A DNA stretch of 61,352 nucleotides, filler included, from Basidiobolus ranarum (GCA_040143965.1; 18 parts of 18 records of this genome joined end to end with filler, not necessarily neighbours in it), one strand, 5' to 3'; shown: positions 49,749 through 61,352, counted from the whole stretch's first letter. A program made the numbers and translations. Notes: generated by a model from the sequence alone, not told the origin.

Positions 49749-50971
49749 AAAGCCCCAGTTAAGATTGGAGAGCTGTGAATAACAGTTTTGCTTATTTGAA
49801 TTGGTTGAGATGCTTCAGGCATTAGATAAATGCTTGACAGTATGATTTTTTCAACTGATGTGTTGAGTAGTGCAGTGAGATTAACTTATTATGATGATAT
49901 CTCTTCAGATGGGTAAAAGTCTGATAAATTTTTTCTTACTAGGGTGTGAAAGAAAGCCCTTGAGCTGGTATTGTGAAGGCTCAATAGCTCCTAACTCTTT
50001 CCCAGGAGTTTCCTTAAATCCCACTTCTGGATATTGCTTTAACTATATCTTGTTATGTGTAAAGGTGATAACTATAAGCATTGTTAATACTCTCTGTGGA
50101 TTGCCCTATACTTACCATATTTCAATAGGCTTGCAAAAACCCAAGAAAAGCCACATGAAGTGCGTCAAGAACATTCAGAGTAATTCCTGGTGTTTGGTTT
50201 TCCACAATTGGCTTAAATCAAGGAGATTGTAGGCAAGATTCCACCCAGTTGGTCAGCTCAGCAAAGTCTTTTGTTAACTGATTTCTTCAATACAGCTTGC
50301 CTCAATATGGCCAAGCAACTTGTGGTCATTGTGTAGGCTTGTATCTGGTATATATATTCCACTCTGCTACTTTGGCACAAAATTCACTAAGCCCTAGCTA
50401 TCCAACAAAGCATGATTCACTGTTATTGGACAACTAATGATCAAGATAGCATCAAGACTAAAACAGGTATTAACACCAACTGGTACATAAAGTAAAACAA
50501 CTCAGCCACTTTTTACATACCTTTGTCACCTGGTGATTTCAGTTTTATATATCTGGGGAAAATTGCATATGCATTAATCATCAACCACTGCCAAAGCATG
50601 CACCATATCAATCTCCGAGCTGATGTGACTATGATTTTGACCCTGATTTTTTATTTTTAAGCTTTCTTTGAACAGTTATCATAATATGTTTCTAGAGAGT
50701 AAATTAGCTATCATACATTCTGGTGATTTTTCTGGTTGGCTCAAAAAACCTCTTCCCTACACTTCTCACTTTCACTTTCCTCTTTAAATTGATTTGGACA
50801 ACCCAGATTGGATTCCAAACAAATTTGTGAAGGACCAAGATTAATCCTTTCTTATATTAGCAACCTAGATTTGGCATAATTTTTATTGAAAACCCCATGG
50901 TCTTGTGAAGGATTCCTGTGGAATTTTTGGTAACAAATCTTTAACCATTTTTATACCCATTGTCACAAAAA

Positions 50972-51141
50972 CCCTAATAGAAATTTGAGGATTGTTAATG
51001 TTAAAATTAGCATTGCCTAAACATCTATATAGTCACATATAGCTTAGTACTTAGTTATCTTATAATTCACTAAGATACTATCAATTATTCTCAATTGGAA
51101 TTTACTTAGAATATTTTACCAACTTAGAAGTTCTCAGATAT
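50972..51141 (+). mobile_element. CMC-like terminus type R (50972) interrupted at about 50999 by a family A LTR
   Basis: CCCTAATAGAAATTTGAGGATTG followed by the LTR A sequence TGTTAAAATTAGCATTGCCTAA. Confidence 0.75.
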
Positions 51142-51241
51142 NNNNNNNNNNNNNNNNNNNNNNNNNNNNNNNNNNNNNNNNNNNNTTAATTAATTAANNN
51201 NNNNNNNNNNNNNNNNNNNNNNNNNNNNNNNNNNNNNNNNN

Positions 51242-52650
51242 CATATGGGTATTCAATCAATCCCAGACCATATGTATGAATGTCACCATGACAATCTACC
51301 AGAACAGAATATGAGTGGACCACAAAGCCTATAATAGAACCCAAAATTACTTGGGCACACAAGAGTACAATTCTTATAAGGATACTGGCAAACCAAAAGA
51401 CTTTGAATATCAGAGCTGCCATCACTTACTCTATGGATGAGTGGTTTAACATTTTGAAAATGTGCAGAATCTTACCTAGAATCACCTTGATTTGAGCTAA
51501 ATCATGGAAAACCAGAAACAAAGCTTTACTATGAAGATTCTTGACTGATTTCATGTTGTTTCTCCTGGGTTTTTGCAAGCCAATGGTATTTGGGCTAGTA
51601 TAGGCCCATTCATGAAGCATCTCAAAAATGTATGCAGTTATTGACTTGGAAAAGAAAGAAAAGCAGCTAAAGAAGTACTCAAAGAACAGGAAGTTAGTAA
51701 ATCCAAGGGAAAAGCAAAGGAGCCAGTTACTTTAGACTCTACTTTCCCACTTACTAAATTCTTTACACCATTAAGATAATCTCCATTTCAAGAGTTGGAT
51801 ACTCTGGCAAAAAAGCTTAATTTCACCATGGAGCCAGGTACACCAGTTGGAAGAATGTTAAGATTAGGAGTTTATCTAACACCTGGTACCTCTCATTGGG
51901 TCAAAACACCAGCAAATAAAACTCATGACTCTCCAACCTCATCTGGTACTTTTCAAAGTGTTGAAATTAGCCCCAAACTTGAAGGCAAGCAAAAAGCTGC
52001 ACAAACATTGTAAAGCACCCTTGATGATGTCACATTCCAAGGATGTATAAAAATAGTTAAAAGTGCTTCAGGAGTATTTTCCAAAGTATGAAGGGAAAAA
52101 CTCAGTGCAAGTATCCTGAAAGTGTCTTCAGAGTAAGAACATTCAACTTGATGTTTAGTCTGGTGTTGACCATGGGGAAATCTGGGAAGAACTTAATACA
52201 GGGTGGCACAATATTGCATGATATCTGCCAGGTAGCTGGAAGAATGTTGATTCAGGAATGTTGATACAATGGTGGGCTTTGATGAAGATAATGATACAAG
52301 CTTGTGTTAGATACAAGTTAAACCTTGGGTGGGATGAACTCAATAAAAATATTCAGGAGGATATATTAAAGAAACCAGGGATTTTGAAGATTACAAATTA
52401 GCATTCAAGTGGTAAATTTGTAAAATTTGAGTTATGTTTTTGCACATGAGTTGATCCATAGTTCTCACAGATTGTAGCCAATCATGTGCACTATTTTGCA
52501 AGATCTCACAATATTACTCCTGAAACTAAAGAAATTGATCAAAATCAAATCCAACTAGATGATTTTAGATGGTAATTAAGTGGTCAACCCAAATTGGATT
52601 AAAATTGTGATAATTTTCCTACAATAACAAGCCTAAAGTTTCTGTTAGGG
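51242..52650 (+). mobile_element. Longest copy of the putative CMC family: ORF remnant to terminus R
   Basis: Multi-copy homology; ends TTTCTGTTAGGG at 52650. Confidence 0.8.
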
Positions 52651-53742
52651 GTAATATAGTCCTGTCAGCTCTTTTAGCAACTCCACTTTGTTGATGTCAA
52701 TAGAGGGCAGTAGTTTTTTTTTTACTTCAACAACTATGCTGAAGTTATTAAACAGTGCTGTAGTATATTCTCTGCTTTCATCAGTGATTACTCTCTTGAT
52801 TCCAATACCTTTTTCAGTCTCCACAAGTTCTTTAAAACCTTGAAAGATTTCCACCTAAAGATAAATTTTGCATAGGTCAATAAAAATTTAGATGAGTTAG
52901 AAGCATTTTTATAACAGATTTAATTCAACCTGGTGCTTTTGAATAGTTGCCTTACTTGCTTTCCACATATGCAGCCCTGACAAATTTCCATTTTGGTAGT
53001 TGGTTAATTTGAATTCCAGAAATGAGGCTATGTTGATTATTGTGCTCAAATAACCTAGTCCAATATGGTAAAATCTCTTATTCCTTCATTGAATAGTTTA
53101 TTGATTGGAATAGTCTCTATCTACAAATAAACCTCTTGGACTATATGCAACTTTAAATAATTTTAAATCTTTTGCCCCCAAAGCTAAATGATTCCCATTA
53201 TGATTAGTGATGGTGCATGCTGCCAAATCAAATTGAATTTTAGCCCTTCTGAAGGACTTGGCATGCAGATATTAAATTCTTGGTAATATCTACCACATGT
53301 AGTGCATTGTCCAAAGTATATACTTTTGCTTCAAAAGTAGTGCTTACAGTGACTTGCATTGTTTTCATTCCAATGCCATCCAATGTATGGAAATCTCACA
53401 TGAAATATATCTTCTGAATCAACACTCTGAATGTTTTATATTTTTGAAATGTTAGGAGGCTCCTGAATCAGTACACCATATCTAAGAATCCTTGTTAGTA
53501 TTCTTACATAGAGCCGATGTAAGCAATTTATGTTTGGCTGTAACCATATTTCTAGTTTTGATATGTTCTCCCTTTTTTGTAATTCTTTTAAAGGAATATT
53601 TGCGTAAATGGCAAGTTCTTTTCTATTAATCACTAAATGTGTTGTTTTTCTTTTCAAAGTGCTTTTGACCTTTATAAGTGGATTTCCTGACGTATATTTA
53701 AGCATTTTCTTCATTCATTTGGTTGTATCCCACTTGGCCTGA
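52651..53742 (-). mobile_element. Degraded copia family A-like gag-protease-integrase
   Basis: EICQGC.GKQ and ELVETEKG.IKRVITD remnants. Confidence 0.8.
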
Positions 53743-53997
53743 CCCTGACAGAAATTTGAGGATTGTACTTGTAAGAAAACCATCACAATTTTAATCCATT
53801 TTGGATGTACCTTATGCTTACCATTATAAAATTGTCAAGTTAGATTTGAGTTTAATAAATTTTTTTTGGTTTCAGGAGTGAAATTTCAATATGTTGCAAA
53901 ATAGTTGTACATGGTAGGCTACAATCTCAGAAAACAATGGACCAGCCCATGTGCAAAAAACATCATTCCAATTTCAGACATTTACCACTTGATCATT
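53743..53997 (-). mobile_element. CMC-like terminus type R
   Basis: CCCTGACAGAAATTTGAGGATTG...; reverse complement of about 52405-52650. Confidence 0.75.
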
Positions 53998-54546
53998 AGA
54001 CTTGTTCCATCAGACCAGGTCAGATTGTGCCGCTCAATCCAGCCTGCTAGTACACCATCTGGTGTGATCTGTCAATTACCATGGCTGGGTCCTATAACAC
54101 TTGATTGGACACTATAAGGAACAATATGACACTATCCCACCACAATTTGACACAATGATTTTATTGGAGATATTGTGCCAGCCCATACCAAGTTATCCAA
54201 TTTAGTATTGCCAAATTACAATTTTGGGTAACTTTTCACTTGTTTGTAGTGAAATTGCTTGTATTAATAGGCTATCATTGATTTTTTTGATATATGACAG
54301 TTTCAAGCTATTAGTGTCTCATAAGCACATAGGCAATCATGATCTAACTAAAGCAATTTATGCTATATTTAACTGTAATCCATATTGATTTTGCATGATG
54401 CGCTAAACAGTAAAGATAGGAAAATGTAAGTATTAACAAGAGTATTCAGCAGTTGCCTAGGTTTGAAGCAGTACATGCTGATTTGCTTCTGTTACTTTTG
54501 TTGTCTCCTTGATATTTCCATGGAAGGAACTTTGCTTGAACCTCTG
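53998..54546 (+). mobile_element. AGACTTGTTCC family end type B and subterminal region
   Basis: Matches 27186-27273 and 5560-5860; preceded by ATT. Confidence 0.8.
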
Positions 54547-54646
54547 NNNNNNNNNNNNNNNNNNNNNNNNNNNNNNNNNNNNNNNNNNNNTTAATTAATT
54601 AANNNNNNNNNNNNNNNNNNNNNNNNNNNNNNNNNNNNNNNNNNNN

Positions 54647-54691
54647 CTAATTCTCCAACCCACTTCCAACAGGCTCCCAAATACTTTAACA
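54647..54691 (+). repeat. Family A LTR 3' tip
   Basis: CACTTCCAACAGGCTCCCAAATACTTTAACA. Confidence 0.85.
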
Positions 54692-55202
54692 GTACTTGCA
54701 GTGACATTGATAAAATACTTTCACATATTCACTATCGGCATATTAGCCTAAGTAAAACAAGTCTAACCTCTACCAACAAGCAATTGTTGCATGCTTTTCT
54801 TATCTTCAAGCCCTAATAATGCCAGTATTTTGGGTCCCGAGGTTTTAGAAAAAAGAAAAAATCACTGATTTACACTTGAATTGAGAATACACACTTGAGA
54901 TTCCTTAAGACCGTAGATATTCTTATATGCTGGAGGTAGGGAAGGGAGTTTACCAGATTTTAAATGAGTTGAACAGAGTTCATCCTTCTAAACATGATTG
55001 ATCCATATTTAGATATTGAGATTTAATTCGTAAAGACTTCAACTATGAAAGCTATTTAATCCAGCGAGGAAAGTGATTAGTTGACTGTAAGTAAAGTATA
55101 TAATGATAGATGACACTAATGAAAACATGCCTAATTTCTGCCAAGGATATTCTCAGATGTCTTGAAGAAACTTCAAGAAACCTAAGAAGCTGCTGTTTCA
55201 TT

Positions 55203-55359
55203 GGACTTATTCTCTATAGTGTCAGATCTTGCTGTATATAAAATATCGGATCAAGTATTCTAAAAATTATGCGGCACAATTTGGCACTATCCAGCACAAT
55301 CAATTCCAATCATGATTACTAAATTACTTTGATAACCCCCGGCTTGACGGAACAAGTCT
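55203..55359. mobile_element. 157-bp MITE of the AGACTTGTTCC family
   Basis: GGACTTATTCT...GGAACAAGTCT imperfect TIRs with ATT on both sides. Confidence 0.65.
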
Positions 55360-56926
55360 ATTAGATACTATTTATGTTGAAAATGATGAACCCATAACTG
55401 ATTCAGTTCAATCACTTCTAAACAAATAACGAGTAACTTGGAATGTGAATATTGTTCTATTATCAAAACTATTTACGTGGAAGGAGGTGAAATAACTGTA
55501 TTATTCAAAATCTTCATCAAATGCTGACCTCTGCATATTATACTCACAATGGTGCATTGGTAACTGAGAGAATACAATGTGCATCAGACATACTAGTTTA
55601 ACATTGACAGTTTAAATGTAATTTCTGGTCAAATATTAAGCCACTATGGCACTCGCCACCTTGCCAATATCTCAGACTTACCTTTTGCACACCGCTGTTG
55701 TGCCGGATTAATGTCTACATAAGCATAATCTTAAACAATTGCGGTCATATTGTTCTAAAGAAAGAACAGTCTATTAAACTGCAATATGAAAGGATGAGGA
55801 ATATCTCAAATACTAGTTAGAACATTACCACGACAATGATGATAGAATAGAAGCCGGTAACATACATTTATACCACCACAACTAAAGTTGCCAATCCAGA
55901 ACGTGACCAAGAGCCGGAATTACTTCTTGGACTGTATTCAAGCAAACAAGAGGACATACTAATGTGGCATTATCTTAGTCTGATATGAATAAGGAGACCA
56001 AGTAACCTGCATACAAGAAATGCTTAACTTACACGTCGTTCGAATTGGTCTGTAATACAATATTCATTACTTATTGCTTCTAGGATTTGCTACGTTTTAA
56101 ACAGAATAAGGGCTGCTCCTCTCACAGGAATATGAGACCAGCCACAGATAGAATATGCAACACCGTGACAGGATGATGTGAATCATATAACCAATTTAGT
56201 AAGAATTGTAGGAATATTATATGCATATTGCTTAGATTTTAATGACCACGGATGTGATTGCTTAGATTCAGTGTCTGGCTATTAGGATATGGAGAGCATT
56301 CTAAAGTATTTGGGATAATACTCTATAGTAAGAGGATCAGGCTCTCTCAATGGGATTTATATGTTTGGAACTCGACTACAGTTGTATGATATTGCACAGA
56401 AATTGAAAACATAACCGAGGCCAAATTGAAACTTTCGAGACTTCTTTACTTATGCATGTGGCAATTAAGAGAATTGCATAAAGTTAAAATTATTTATATA
56501 TTAGCAATCATTGGGGTAAATGTCGTATCTCTGACCATCCATATAAAGGGTTCACACGGCATAAATTAAAGCCCGCTTACACAAATGAAGCTCTTGCTAG
56601 GGATTCAGTCTTTCTAGGCCATATATTGAATGCCACACTCCGCAGGCTTAGAAATAGATTAATTCTCAAAACCATATGTTCCATAAGTAATAGGGAGTCA
56701 GTGTTGTGGCTCATGAACTGTAGAAGTCACATTGGTTTGGATAGGTATAAAAGACAAGACCATCTCTTTCCTCTCTTATCGATCTTAACATAACATCGTC
56801 AACCCTTCTTTAGGATCAAGCGAAAAAACCTAAACCAATTTCGTGTTAATCTCTTTTCACGAAGAATCCTTTAACCCCTAACTTCACCCAACATAACCTA
56901 ACCATACCTTTTCTAAATTACCCGCT

Positions 56927-57154
56927 ATGAACTCGACTCCAGACTGGGAATACTCTCGTACATTGCCATCACGAAACTTCAGTGTGAAGCTTGTAGGAGG
57001 AAGACAACGACTTACAAAGTCTATGCAGCCACGCCGATGTGTTACCGAAATTTTTCCTCATCGCTTGAAGGCTAGAAATGTTGTACGTTTCGCCCTTCCA
57101 CCACCGCCAGCATGCCAGCGAGAAGACCCCGATATAGAGTCAAGCTTGATATAA
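56927..57154 (+). CDS. Small basic hypothetical protein, 75 aa
   Basis: ATG ORF with normal CpG content; TATAAAA near 56746 and a pyrimidine-rich leader; no family recognised. Confidence 0.45.
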   Translation: MNSTPDWEYSRTLPSRNFSVKLVGGRQRLTKSMQPRRCVTEIFPHRLKARNVVRFALPPPPACQREDPDIESSLI

Positions 57155-58050
57155 ATCTTTCTACGAGAACACCGTTAACGTTTCCTGGATCCCAGTATGT
57201 ACTTGATTCATAACTAGTTGTGTTTATTGAATCATGGATATTATCAATTAGCACTTTGTGTCTGACGGAGGTTGCCTTCGTACGTATTGGATACCAAAGC
57301 TGATGTGCTGGAATGATATCTGAAAATCATTTACTCTCTATTTACTCTTAGCACATTGTTTCGTTGAATTATTCTTATTGTTTTTTTTTCTTTTGATTTA
57401 TGGAGAGAATCCACTTCAAAATAAAGTACATCTTTTGAATGTTGATGCATTCTACCACCACATATATGGCATCTTTTCAGTAGTATGCAGTCCCAAGGCA
57501 TGATCACGTATCATACGTAATTGTGATCTCCTTAAGCAAGCCCATTTACTAGCAGAAGATTGAGATCCCTAGACCCGGGTGTGGTGGTTGAAAGTGAAGT
57601 CGTGAAGGATAGATTTTCCCTACCTATACAGCACACATTGATACTTGGCATATCTTTTAGCTTTAAGATTTTGTTAGTATAACCGAACATGTTAATGCCA
57701 CTGATAAGATAAGAGGTAAATATATCAGAGTTTCCTTATTTGACAACGCTGTTCATTTGTACTTTTTAAGCCTCCACCCCATCTCTATTTGACCCAACTT
57801 TTTGATTTAGTAAGCTATCAAGAGCTGAAACCAACATCGTGTATGATAGGGTGGATGTTTGACTTCTCCAAGTAGTGACCCTGCTGCAAATGTTAATACA
57901 ATCAAGAAAGCAAAGCAAATCGCCCAATGGCCCTCAGAATCAAAAGCACANNNNNNNNNNNNNNNNNNNNNNNNNNNNNNNNNNNNNNNNNNNNTTAATT
58001 AATTAANNNNNNNNNNNNNNNNNNNNNNNNNNNNNNNNNNNNNNNNNNNN

Positions 58051-58161
58051 CTAAGTAAATTCCTTATGAGAATAATTGATAATATCTTAGTGAATTATAA
58101 GATAACTAAGTACTAAGCTATATATGACTATATAGGTGTTTAGGCAATGCTAATTTCAACA
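58051..58161 (-). repeat. Partial family A LTR
   Basis: Ends AATTTCAACA; matches 8890-8999. Confidence 0.85.
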
Positions 58162-58593
58162 GTTTGAAAGATATATCCAAAGTATATGTGATGATTTTGA
58201 CTTACAAAATATTAACTTTGCTAAAAACACCTTTTCATCATTTCTAATATATGTATAAATACTCATTTTCAATTCAATAAAGCAATAAGTGCAAATCGTA
58301 TATTTCTTCTGATTATCCTGGACACGACTAATTCATCCCAATTACTAGCAACAATCTTTTCTAACATATCTAGATTTCAAAATATCCAAGTTTACCCCAG
58401 GACAGTGTATTTTACATTTATAGGTATTGTGAACGCAACTTCATTTCTTAGTACTATCTTCAGCAGTATAAATACTGAATTTCGGATCAATTAGTAAACA
58501 TCTATCAAACTCACCATATTTCTAATAATACCTATGTTATAATATGGTCTCAGGGAAAGGTAGTAATTTTGAATCAACTATATGTATTGATAC

Positions 58594-58893
58594 TGTCGTG
58601 AATCTCGACTAGAACGAAGCGAAGTTGACCTTTTCTCAAGACGGGATTAGGAGAAAGACTAAGGGACAAGAGAAGAATGGATTAGGGAATAAGAGATACG
58701 TTTCAAGATGTAGACAAAGCGTTTATTCAAGTTACTAGGTAAAGATCAAGCTATTCAAGTACTATCGGATCTATATACGTATTGGCATGGTGAAGCTATA
58801 ATAGTTTCCCAGACAATTTGACCAACCATATCAAGGGGTGGCCGATCATATAGAGTCAATCGATCACGTCTGACCGCAATGTAGCATGCGACA
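58594..58893 (-). repeat. Putative solo LTR of another family (300 bp)
   Basis: TGTCG...CGACA inverted termini; on the minus strand TATATA precedes AATAAA; TSD ambiguous (TAC or ATAC); single copy in the window. Confidence 0.5.
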
Positions 58894-59742
58894 TACTTGA
58901 TCCACGATTAATTGTAATTATCAGTACATTAAACTTTGACATTTTCATCGGAGGTCGTAACCGGGTTCAGAGTACTTTGATGAGTACTGTGCTACGTTGT
59001 TAGACACTGTATAAGATCATCTAAGACAAGTTCAACGCTGGAATAATCATGATTTAATTTAAATCAAATATCCATTTATATATATTGCGATCATTCCGCC
59101 ACAAGACAGGGATTGAATGATATGCGATACTTGTCAACTTTCCAAACCGCACCAGAATAACTCAAGTTTAAACACCTTAACCTTAAAGTATTTCTATGTA
59201 TACATCTCGATATTTACGCATCACGTGCGTGCATTCACCAGCATCGGAACTTAAATGTAACAGACTCCACACTCCAACATAAAGTGCAGAGAGTGGACAA
59301 AGAGGAAGAGAATCGAGGCAAAATCAATTCCATCTTGGAATCATTCTCAAATGTTCCATATCAAGGAATAGAACATTCGCGTGTAACATTAGAAACGATA
59401 GGATATAACTATGCGACGCTCTTGTAAACAACTCAATGATTATCTTCAGTTGCCCCTCTTGCTCCTACAAGATAGCCAACATGATAATTGAAGTGGATAT
59501 GTTGTATTTGGAAAGCTCCAGTGTATGTGTTATTAAGGTTGTCAAGTCAATTAATGATTAGAATGATTTTGATCATCATCCTATCTATACATACATAGTT
59601 TTGGTTTACCTCGATAGACTACTACTGTTGAATGGTATAACTACATGAGTTTGGATAGATGAGGTATTTACGATATAATATCATTATTGATGCCGCAGGA
59701 GAAAACATCCCCGAGTAATATGATTGAGGGGAGGGGGAGCTT

Positions 59743-61266
59743 TCAAGCATTACACAGCATATTGAATAGAATCTGATTTTCAATCTCAACCACCTCTGAG
59801 CGAGCATGATTACTTGGGCAATCAAGTGAGTCCAACTGCATAGCTGGATCCTTCGCTGCTCCCAGTTGATATACATCCCAGACACGTGCATTCAAATGGC
59901 GTACAAGTTCGGCAGTGGCGTACTTTTCATACAGATCCACTCGAAGGCGAGAGAATCTACGACTCGTTGTGCTAGTGTCCACTCGACAACAGAAATGCTG
60001 GCCAGTTCGAACTATCACGGGAATACCATTATTTGTGTAGAGTTGTTGTAGTCGCTGAATCAAGTCATTAAGACTTTTGGCAAACTCAAGGAAAGGGCTG
60101 AAAGCAGCATCCCAATTAACCAAAGAAATAATCACTACGTTCGCTTTGGGAATGGTATCAACATACGATTGCTCAACGATACTTCTCCAAGCTGGATTGT
60201 TGCGCCCAGTAAGCCCATCCCACTTGTAATGATAAATCAAGCTTGAACTAGAACTGACGTTTAGATGTACAATACGCGCTTCCGAATCAAACGTTGTAAA
60301 TGTCTCTACGTTGTCTTCACAGATACAGACCCGACCATTTTGATCCGCCTCCGTACTGCACCATTCACCATGGGTAGAGATCTTCTTCAAAGCACGTCGA
60401 GTATTCGAATCCCCATACCAGTGTATTGTTGGGTGTTTGTCGATTAGACACTGCTCAAACTCTTGATAGCTGTATTGACGGTAGCGACATGAATACGGTG
60501 CCCAGATTTTGTTATGATTCTCAGGGGTTGGTAACTGAGCCAACTGAGCAGAGGTAAAGAGTGAAGCGTCCAACCATCTTCCAGGGTGATCTCCATTCTT
60601 ACAAAAGGGTCTCATAAGATGAGTTTTGTAATTGAAAGGATTAAAAGCGTCCTCTTCTTGAACTGATAAATAGAAACCATCGGGAACAACGATCTGCTTT
60701 GGATTATAAGCTACAATATCGTTCCATTCGAAGTTCCACTCTGCTCTACGATATTCTAACAAAGGCAATATCTCATACTTTCCTGGATCTACGAGTTTCA
60801 CACTACCCTCATAGATATGAACTCGATCTTTGAGATAGGCACCAGTTAACTCTAACAGTTTCATATCTACAGATACAGTGATGTTATGATTTTTCTCCAC
60901 AAATCGTACCCAAAGACTGTCCCAAGGAGTGCCGGGATAAAGTGGAGTGTACCATACTCTAGGGTCAGGGTTTTCGACTGTAACTACCACTCGAAAGCAA
61001 AACTCTTGATCCGGAAGTAAGGATACAGGCTTCTGGCTTGGTAGATATATCCGGGCGTCTCCAGTCAAATTCAATAATTCTTGGTCCAAGGGAAACGCGG
61101 AGCATCCATAGGACTTGGATTGAACCAAAGAGGGTCTGAGGGAATTCTCGTTTTTATGACTGTTCAGATGAGGAATGTTGTTTTGTAGTGGTTCAAAGAA
61201 TACGAATACAAGAAGATTCAATATCAGCAATATTGCTATAATAGCTGCTTTTCCTCGATTCAGCAT
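59743..61266 (-). CDS. Type II membrane SGNH-like protein, NXPE/PC-esterase-like, about 507 aa, intronless
   Basis: N-terminal TM anchor, beta-rich region, C..GDHPGRW, WAPYSC.Y, HWYGDSNTRR (GDS), C-terminal DCPSNH; frame also open upstream to the contig end. Confidence 0.8.
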   Translation of the reverse strand: MLNRGKAAIIAILLILNLLVFVFFEPLQNNIPHLNSHKNENSLRPSLVQSKSYGCSAFPLDQELLNLTGDARIYLPSQKPVSLLPDQEFCFRVVVTVENPDPRVWYTPLYPGTPWDSLWVRFVEKNHNITVSVDMKLLELTGAYLKDRVHIYEGSVKLVDPGKYEILPLLEYRRAEWNFEWNDIVAYNPKQIVVPDGFYLSVQEEDAFNPFNYKTHLMRPFCKNGDHPGRWLDASLFTSAQLAQLPTPENHNKIWAPYSCRYRQYSYQEFEQCLIDKHPTIHWYGDSNTRRALKKISTHGEWCSTEADQNGRVCICEDNVETFTTFDSEARIVHLNVSSSSSLIYHYKWDGLTGRNNPAWRSIVEQSYVDTIPKANVVIISLVNWDAAFSPFLEFAKSLNDLIQRLQQLYTNNGIPVIVRTGQHFCCRVDTSTTSRRFSRLRVDLYEKYATAELVRHLNARVWDVYQLGAAKDPAMQLDSLDCPSNHARSEVVEIENQILFNMLCNA

Positions 61267-61352
61267 TCTAGAAGAAGTAGTTAGGCCCTTTTTACTGAAG
61301 TAATCAAAGTTAAAGAGACTCCTTGCGGTGGCCAAGTACAATATAGAAACTC

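Larger units (their letters stand above)
3327..58050. other. 17 artificial contig spacers (N44-TTAATTAATTAA-N44)
   Basis: Identical 100-nt spacers start at 3327, 6752, 10176, 13598, 17019, 20438, 23856, 27274, 30690, 34101, 37510, 40919, 44327, 47735, 51142, 54547 and 57951. The core gives stops in all six frames, and contig lengths never increase. Confidence 0.99.

Noticed and set aside
3327..58050. Regularly spaced TTAATTAATTAA palindromes resembling a repeat array
   Set aside because: Artificial linker embedded in N runs
1..61352. CRISPR arrays, prokaryotic operons or defence systems
   Set aside because: No repeat-spacer structure or prokaryotic gene organisation; the DNA is eukaryotic

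Overview
This is eukaryotic, AT-rich, intron-containing DNA, most likely from an early-diverging fungus (inferred from a DASH subunit, Rvs161/Hob3, short GT-AG introns and a fungal-type LSU fragment). It is not a continuous locus. The window is 18 separate contigs of 3326 down to 3302 bp, sorted by decreasing length and joined by 17 artificial 100-nt spacers (N44-TTAATTAATTAA-N44), so adjacency means something only within a contig. About half of the contigs are CpG-depleted transposon graveyards. These hold at least three decayed Ty1/copia families (two with half-tRNA-iMet-type primer sites), a CACTA/CMC Tnp2-like transposase pseudogene, a putative CMC family with CCCTAACA termini and an unrecognised ORF, and a putative Pangu/PHIS-like family with AGACTTGTTCC termini plus a MITE. 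The other contigs carry host genes: a P450 3' end, RVS161/hob3, gamma-tubulin, an Lnt-like membrane CN-hydrolase, a Cue2-like Smr protein, a short CLASP-N/TOG protein head-to-head with DAD1, an NXPE/PC-esterase-like protein, tRNA-Thr(CGT), an inverted small-gene pair, and decayed lipase, subtilisin and Cys-rich genes. I found no convincing novel multi-gene system. The best leads are the two reconstructable DNA-transposon families, the Lnt-like enzyme and the inverted gene pair.
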